Origin: Laetmonice hystrix
Lineage: Eukaryota
DNA: 64,000 nt
Reading direction: 5' to 3'
Assembly: GCA_965235115.1 (NCBI GenBank)
Contig: OZ249436.1
Span: forward strand, 32,862,001-32,926,000
The translations under genes and the position numbers were made by a program. The notes under the pieces are model-generated. The model was not told the DNA's origin. It saw only the letters and a program-made list of their open reading frames with translations, and did not search any database. The stretch's first letter is position 1; the number at the start of each line of letters is the position of its first letter. Below, piece by piece: positions 48,504 through 64,000 of the stretch.

Positions 48504-51500
48504 ACTAGAAATTGTTCAGTCCGAACAGGACGTCTCCCCTTTTTTAAAGTAATGACATCATATACTTTTTGAGAGAGGACTAATTAGTATGAAAGTAGTG
48601 TGTTGCAAAAGCAATGATATAGCTATGGCAGATTTTCTATGCGAAAGAAAAGATTAACTAGTTGCGAGGTGCCCAGGGCACAGGTATCCCATTCACCAGT
48701 CAATGGTGTTAAAATCGGAAATTAGGTCAACTTGGCCGCCATCTTGGATTTTTCAAATTCTGTTCAAATGGGTCAAGTTTTCCATCCTAACCCCAATGGT
48801 GAAAACCAGACGTTGATATCTTTAACCGTTTTAGAGATATCACTGATTTTGGGTTGAAAATGACCTAAAAGGGCCAACTTTGAAGAGCCATAATTTGGAA
48901 ACTATTGATTTTAGGGGAGCCATCTCGGTGTCAGAGACAGCTGACCCATTACCCAATCCAATGGTTTTAAAATCGGAAATTAGGTCAACTTGGCCGCCAT
49001 CTTGGATTTTTCAAATTCAATTTAAATGGGTCAAGTTTTCCATCCTAACCCCAATGGTGAAAACCAGACGTTGATATCTTTAACCGTTTTAGAGATATCA
49101 CTGATTTTTGGTTAAAAATGACCTAAAAGGGCCAACTTTGAAGAGCCATAACTTGGAAACTATTGATTTTAGGGGAGCCATCTCGGTGTCAGAGACAGCT
49201 GACCTATTACCCAATCCAATGGTGTTAAAATCGGAAATTAGGTCAACTTGGCCGCCATCTTGGATTTTTCAAATTCAGGGAAAATGGCTCAAGGTTTTCA
49301 TCCCAAACCCAATGGTCAAAACCAGACATTGATATCTTTAACCGTTTTCGAGGTATCACTGATGTTTGGTTGAAAATAACCTAAAAGGGCCAACTTTGAG
49401 GGGCCATAAGATGGAAACTATCGAATTTAGGGGAGCCATCTCGGTGTCAGAGATAGTGGACCTATTACCCAATCCAATGGTGCTGAAATTGGAAATTAGG
49501 TCAACTTGGCCGCCATCTTGGATTTTTCAAATTCGCTGAGGATGGGTCAAGTTTTTTATGCTAAACCCAAAGGTGAAACCCAGACATTGATATCTTTAAC
49601 CGTTTTCGAGATATCACTGATCTTTGGTTGAAAATTACCTAAAAAGGGTCATTAAGCCAGATGGGGTCACGTGACAGCATTTAAATTGACGTAAATTGAA
49701 AACTCATATATGATTTTCCATATGAGTTTAATAGGAACCATGGACCCATCTGGCTCTGTTTCTAAGTTACAGCCATCTTAAAATACCAATGACGTCATAG
49801 GGCAACGTAGGGTCACGTGACCTAACTAAAAATGGTGTCATTTGAAAGGCCATATATGACTTCCTATGGGTATCACTAGTACGTATGGGCCTATCTGGCT
49901 CTTTTTCCAAGTTACTGCCAGCTGAAAACACTGATGACGTCATACAGCCATATATGGTCACATGACCTAATTAAAAATGGTGTCATTTGAAAGGCCATAT
50001 ATGACTTCCTATCTGTCTACAATAGTAACTATGGGCCTATCTGGCTCTGTTTCCAAGTTATTGCTAATTGAAAATACCGATGATGTCATAGAGTCACGTA
50101 GGGTCACGTGACCTAATTAAAAATTGTGTCATTTTAAAGGCCATAATGACTTCCTATCTGTCTTCAATAGTAACTATGGGCCTATCTGGCTCTATTTCCA
50201 AGTTACTGCTAATTGAAAATACTGATGACGTCATAGAGTCACGTAGGGTCACGTGACCTAATTAAAAATGATGTAATTTTAAAGGCCATATATGACTCCT
50301 ATCTGTCTTCAATAGTAACTATGGGCCTATCTGGCTCTATTGCCAAGTTACTGCTAGCTGAAAATACCGATGACGATAAGGTATGTATGTATGTGGGTAG
50401 GGGTGTGGGTGTGTGTGTGCGATGTGCTGGCTGTGGTAAAGGAGTTGGTGGTTGTTGGTGGAGCGTGGAAGTGTTATGTAACTCAGTTGTGGGATCTGCG
50501 GTGGTGGGGTATGGAAATACCGGCGACGACATGCGAGAAGCGACATGGAACCGAACACTGTCAATTTAGCACATAGAATGTTTCTTATTGACACCGACAT
50601 CACGATCCACTGCTCAATTAGTGCCTATTTAACAATAATTTTGGGGCTAAAGTGAAAACTAACACTAACCGTAGGCCTAACCTTTACCCTAACCCAAACA
50701 CACTGTCTCGCATCTCGCATGTCGTCGCCGGTATTCCATAGGTGGGGGACGGGCGGCCGGCCCGTGTAGGGGTTTGGTGGGGAGTTACCACGGCTGAGAA
50801 GGACGCCTGACTGGGGATTGGCGGGAGTTGCTAGGGACAACGGCTGAGAACAGGCGCACAGGCCAGTGACTGGGAGCGGGCCCGCTGGCGAATTTTTTTC
50901 CCACGCTAGTTCTGGATACTCATTAGCATACAGCCAATCAGAAACAAGTTGTTTACGCGCTGTGTAAGCCGCATAAGTCGGAAACTATTAACTGTAGAGA
51001 AAAACACTTAATGTAGCGGTTGTAGGGAAAGACCTGGAGATTCTTCTCCACCAAGTTTCATAAAGATACGGTCAGGGGTTTGGGATATATAAAAGGCTTC
51101 TCTAAGGTTGGCACGGTACTGAGGTCAAAGGTCATGAAGTGCTAAAAATAGCAAAATCCCGAGAAAATATCCACAGTTGTCTTTTCCCCAAATTAGGACT
51201 TTCTAGCCCCGGTAGTTTTTGAACTGACGTCAAGTAAGCGCCCAACCACTTCGAAAATGTTGAAGGTCACACAGAGGTCATCTGGGGTCACAGGAACGTG
51301 TCCTCCGGGAAATCTAAATTTGGCACATAGATGACCCTGCTGACCAAATTTGATGTTATTCCAGCCAGTATTTTCCGAGTTATGGCTTTGGCAAAAAAAT
51401 GGCACGTGCCATTTTTTTTAGATCAGCCGCCATCTTGAAAGTTCTGGGTCAACCAAACTGGTTTTCGAACTTGTCAAAGCCCCGGATGAAAGAAGGCCGA

Positions 51501-51719
51501 CATACCAATTTTGGATCGATTCAGGCTATTTTTCTCGCGTTATCGTGATCACAGCACAAGTTGGCACATTCGTGCCACAGAAGAGGTCAAAGGTCAAATG
51601 GCACTATAAGTAGAAACAAAGATTTTTCAGAAGGTTCTGTCGGGCCATTTCAAATTTGATAACTCCCTCTCTAACAGTGGCCGAGTTATTCCAAAAAGAA
51701 GAAAATAAAAGAAACAAAG

Positions 51720-51751
<32 letters not shown>

Positions 51752-51808
51752 CGGTCAGAAACAGCGTGCAAAACAAAACGTCTCCCCCAGCTGGGGGGAG
51801 ACGTAATT
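48504..51808 (-). mobile_element. Helentron-associated (HINE/DINE-1-like) element carrying satellite arrays
   Basis: On the minus strand: 5' hairpin acgtctcccc/ggggagacgt, (TTTC)n microsatellite, tandem arrays of about 120 and 242 bp (48690-50370), 3' subTIR ggggagacgt, stem-loop tgttc/gaaca, CTAG then a T-run. Confidence 0.75.
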
Positions 51809-51909
51809 ACTGGGAACTCCCATTTTTAAGCAACTGCGAGTCGCGATTTTGTAGGGAATACCGGGGCTAGTCCGCCTATCGGGTATGGCCGTCATTGCTC
51901 TTTGCTTTA

Positions 51910-52121
51910 AAGTGCTGAACCCACCAAGGCGATTCCCCTTGCGACGCCCATGCGGTTTTGACATCACCCTTTTATTTTACTGTAATTTTGAGATTAAAGG
52001 ATGGCACCCATTTCCTGAAACGGAGAAGGCCAGCCAGGAAAGATTTTAGAGTGAAATTCCACCATTAAATCAAAAACCGCATGGCCGTCGCAAAGGGAAT
52101 CGCCTTGGTGGGTTCAGCACT
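51910..52121. mobile_element. Harbinger-like MITE
   Basis: aagtgctgaacccaccaaggcgattccc / gggaatcgccttggtgggttcagcactt. Confidence 0.75.
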
Positions 52122-53060
52122 TTACTTGATGCTCGAATAAGGTACCGTACTATTACCGTCAAGAGTTGTCTCCCGACTTTGGAGCAAGTCCGCCAAAGTT
52201 GTATGGCCGGATGCAAGAAGTGTTTAATAATGGGACCCCAATATTCTTTCCTAGAGCCTAGTCGAGGCCTAGCACGATATCATGATCTGCCAATGTTAAA
52301 TCAACTAGGTCAACTTTTCAGAAAGTTAGTCCTATGTGGCAAGTGTAGGCCTACAAGGCCTTGTCGACTCGAGCTGTCAGTTAGCAGCTAGGCTAAGTTT
52401 CACAACATTTTAATATGGTTTGTAAAGCATATTATGGACTTTACATAACAGCATATATTACAAAGTTGAAACATACTAGAGTAATCAGGATATTAGAACC
52501 ACGCCTTAGGCTGACTGTCTGAAGGGGAGATCATTCGTGGAGGGAGTATATTGGCCGCTTGGCCGCCATCCACCCGTGCTATCTGACGGACGCGGTGGAA
52601 CCCCCCCCCCCCCCCCCCAGCTCCCACCATGAACACCTTCCCCGGGTAAGATGTTGCTAAAGTCTGAAGCCCTCGCGATCATAGGCCTAGGCCCCTGTAC
52701 TAATTAGTAGGCCTATATAATGAGCAGAACTTCATAGTTCATATTGACTCCATGTACCAGGAGTTCCTAAGTTGTCGACTAATTTTATGTCTACTCACCG
52801 TACGTGTCCTAGATCTCTGTATCCCGATGTGTGGCAATGACAAGGAAGGACACTACCGTAGTATACAGAGTATCCATGGTGTAAGGTGTGATCATTAATG
52901 GTGAATGTTGCCTGGTCTATACCACTGAAAAGAATTACCTATCCTGGTGATCCTACAATAATCAGTGACAGTAGGTCTATAAAGGTAGGCCTAAATATAC
53001 GCTGCATCTGTTGACTTCCTGACTGTATAGTGACGTTCTCAGTGCGGGGACGCTCACAGG

Positions 53061-53827
53061 ACCGTGACGGTTAGAGTGGGGGGGGGGGGGGGGGAATTTC
53101 CCGACATCATATGGGCTAATTCCAGCGTGACTGGTGGGACAAAGGATACAACCTTTTCAAACTTATTATTCAATAACGAAAAGGTTTGACAAAACAATCA
53201 ACAAATAAGTATATGGTGTTGGAGCATAGAACATTTACTTCAAATTCATTTAAAAATATTAAAGCATTTGCAAGTGTAACGTTTGCCACAACACGGGCAA
53301 CTCAGCGTGACAGGCGGGACATCAACTTACACTTATTTTGACCATCAATCTGTTATCAGCAAAAAGCTAGCTCTTCCTATAGAAATTTAATTGTATACCA
53401 CATATAACTTTTATCACTACTAAATGTGTGATGTTAACAACATATGATCTTCGGTCTAAACGGGAACTGAACTCTGCCACTGCTCCTAGATTTTGTGACA
53501 GGCGAGACATAAATTGTGACAGGCGGGACATTATTTATTTAGAATAATGTATATGAAGATTTCTCTGCACTGGTATTTTTAAAGAGCTGTAAACTAACTT
53601 TATGATGTTTTTTTCGTGACAGGCGGGACAAATGCACAGAGGTAAATATTGGCAGTTATTCCCCAACAACCACGGGTTTCAGGGATAAAATACCTATACA
53701 TAGACTGACTCAAACCTTCAAAGTATAAGGCAACCACAAGATATTATCTCCAAAATAAATATACACTGGGGGAAATTCTTTTAACAAATTTGAACAAAAT
53801 GTATAATTCCACTCTGGTCAACGGTCT
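53061..53827. mobile_element. Non-autonomous DNA transposon with repeated gtgacaggcgggaca motifs
   Basis: Imperfect TIR gaccgt..gac...agagtgg / ccactctggtcaacggtc; about 5 internal motif copies. Confidence 0.55.
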
Positions 53828-53939
53828 CACTGCTAGAGCATGCCGAGCTGGTATATTATGGTTATTTGGTCGTTGCGCCATCTGTCGAATTCCAAAGAAA
53901 CCAATATCCGACTAGCTTGCATGAAGGCATCTTGAGTCT

Positions 53940-54500
53940 TCCTCGCGCATCCTGCATTCTACCGCTTGAGCCCAGCCCAGGCTAAACCGGCAGAAGTTGG
54001 CCTTGAGGTCATAGACTCACCACCCACACTAAAGGGTCCTCATCGAAGGCGTAGGCCCCTAAGTACCGTAGTACGTCTCACAAAAATGCCTGATAGCCTT
54101 GCCCAGTTTGCTGATAAACAAATGTGTCCCTCCCTAACAATACAATTTGTAACACTCTGACTTGATACGGTTTAACACGCGAAATTCCAAAGTTTAGCTC
54201 CTCTGATTTCAGCATCGTCGCGCTGGCATCCAAACATTCACTGGCCTGCTCGCGGTCCGTTATCGCTGGCGCTGGCTGTCGGTCTCTGCCTCTGGGGACG
54301 TTCCTACTGGCCAACCAGAAATGCACGCTAATTTTTATGAATGCGCCTCAGGCAGTGCTGTAATCTGATTAGTTCTTGTATGTACTGAACGAGGTGGAAA
54401 ACAGATGGCGCTGCGAAGTACGCGTTTCTGAGAATAGGCAGGCAGTGGGGGGGGGGGGGGGGGGTCACTGGAAGCGGTTCAACCTCGAGCGTGGGAGGAT
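53940..54500 (-). mobile_element. Repeat carrying a RecQ-type helicase N-terminal remnant (Academ-like); related copies at about 22540-22755 + 26460-26680 and 1-190
   Basis: FGISRVKPYQ..VL..VLLGRDTFV..QTG.GYQA then LVWVVS resembles RecQ motifs 0/I/Ia; sequence blocks shared between copies. Confidence 0.55.
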
Positions 54501-55941
54501 GGCATGAAGGTGGCAGCAGGTCGACCTTACCCTGCGCGACAGAACAGTCGGAAGTGGCTGATTCAGGGGTGCCCACCGGGCCCGGCCCCCCTGTTTTTCA
54601 AAATCTTACATATTTTCTATGTTTCATGCGTACGAATAATGGAATTTCGTTAAAAGATTTAGAAATTTCTACTCTATTATATATGCCCAGTTCAGAAAAC
54701 ACATCTACGGCGTCCATGAAAACAATTTCTGCGGGAGGGCCCCCAGACCCCCCGAAAATGGGCCACCGATTAACCACCAAAAGGCGCCCCCCCCCCCTCC
54801 TTCCTGAAATCCCGGATCCTCCACTGGTCGGCGACTGGATTTTCAGGCTGTAAGTTTTCGGACAGTTAAAAATTCAGGGCATAGACTACTGTAAGCCTAT
54901 TCATTCTAAATCGCCATAACATTAGTCATTCAAACAACGACGTATAAAGAGATATTCGATCGATATCTGTATGAGACGAGAGAGAAAACGACAACTCTGA
55001 GGGTTTCTTTTTCATCATTAGGGTCCTGATACAAAAATATTTACACAGAAGGTGCACTGAGCTCTCAGAGGACAGTGCGATATCACAATTTGCTTGTTGC
55101 TTGGCAGGAACTGTCGCTAGGGATGACGGGTAACGTAGTAAGACCTCGTCGCGTTCGTCAGGATGACGCGCGAGGAACGCCACGTCGCCGATACAGGAAG
55201 ACATCCTTTTTACGTCGCTCTTCTGGTCTACTTCCATATATTCTTAAACATGTAAACTTATTTTACAGTGTATGGATGTTAAGATCGCATGGTTATAAGA
55301 GCACCTCATAGCTGAGGGCAAAACGTACCACACTCCGAGATATGAATCTCAGAAAGACAATCAGAATTATGTGGTCGAACGAAAAGGTGATGTATAGTTC
55401 GAAGACAATGACACCGCATGCATCAATATGTAAATACACTGGTCCTTTGAATACATTTCGTGTAACAATTCTTTTTCACCTGTGCAATTTATATTTCTGG
55501 TTACTTTTTTTTGCGGTGTGTGGGGGTCTTCAGAAAAGCCTCCGTAAAATTAGGCTTCTCTGTTTTCTTTGTTTAAAGAGAATTGGAAATAAGTATTCGA
55601 AGCGCTCAATTTTAGTTCGATACATGTACATATTATCTTGTATACATGCAGGTGGTCTTCGAGAGGAGCTCGTATGTAGCCTACATATACAGGTCTATGT
55701 ATTAGTATAATATGAAATTCATAATACATCTATACTTGGGTCCGGTTTCTAAAAGGTAGCATTCGTGCACTATTTTAACATGGCACCTGAGGGGTAAGAC
55801 TTCTTTGTATGCCTTCACAGATGGTCTCAAACATGGTTTACTGCATTAGTCACAGCCGTTCTCCTTGAAACGTTTAGGGCATGTTTACTAACAGACGACA
55901 CGGGCTGTTTGATAAAAAAAGATTATCTCCAGTCAAGAAGA

Positions 55942-56046
55942 CTACAGATCTCAAGGTGTTATGTGACAGTTTCAGTACGTTTAAGCTACAGATCTCAAGG
56001 TGTTATGTGACAGTTTCAGTACGTTTAAGCTACAGATCTCAAGGTG

Positions 56047-56073
<27 letters not shown>
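55942..56073. repeat. 44-bp tandem repeat x3 overlapping the cyclase stop codon (also at about 6961-7092)
   Basis: Unit ctacagatctcaaggtgttatgtgacagtttcagtacgtttaag. Confidence 0.9.
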
Positions 56074-63942
<7,869 letters not shown>

Positions 63943-64000
63943 CTGTGCGGGAGAGAAACAAACCAAACACGAATGGCGACGGACGCTGGATATCTAGACC

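Noticed and set aside
52799..52870. Possible 5' non-coding exon of the CACHD1-like gene (donor gtgagt at 52798 on the minus strand)
   Set aside because: Only a single splice-like motif; cannot be supported without transcripts.

Overview
Repeat-rich animal genomic DNA with spliceosomal GT-AG introns. It probably comes from a marine invertebrate, but that is an inference. Two host genes lie on the minus strand. (1) A complete VWA + Cache domain type-I membrane protein of the CACHD1/alpha2delta family, 48188->18631, with 23 coding exons and about 1124 aa. I reconstructed it by hand and every intron phase is consistent. (2) The last five exons of a receptor-type guanylate cyclase, 63942->56047, with a long Ser/Arg-rich tail. 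Positions 1-7430 are a direct duplicate of 54306-56440. The duplicate holds a truncated pseudo-copy of the cyclase last exon and is interrupted by a 5.3 kb nested insertion whose empty site is visible in the other copy. The rest is dense transposon debris: a decayed DIRS/Ngaro-type tyrosine-recombinase retroelement with an SGNH hydrolase remnant, an ISL2EU-like remnant, a foldback element carrying a LINE endonuclease fragment, two satellite-bearing Helentron/HINE-like elements, RecQ-bearing (Academ-like) remnants, and many Harbinger, Kolobok, Tc1/mariner, MULE-like and 5-bp-TSD MITEs. I found no rRNA, tRNA or CRISPR array. All identities and family assignments are by eye; no searches were run.
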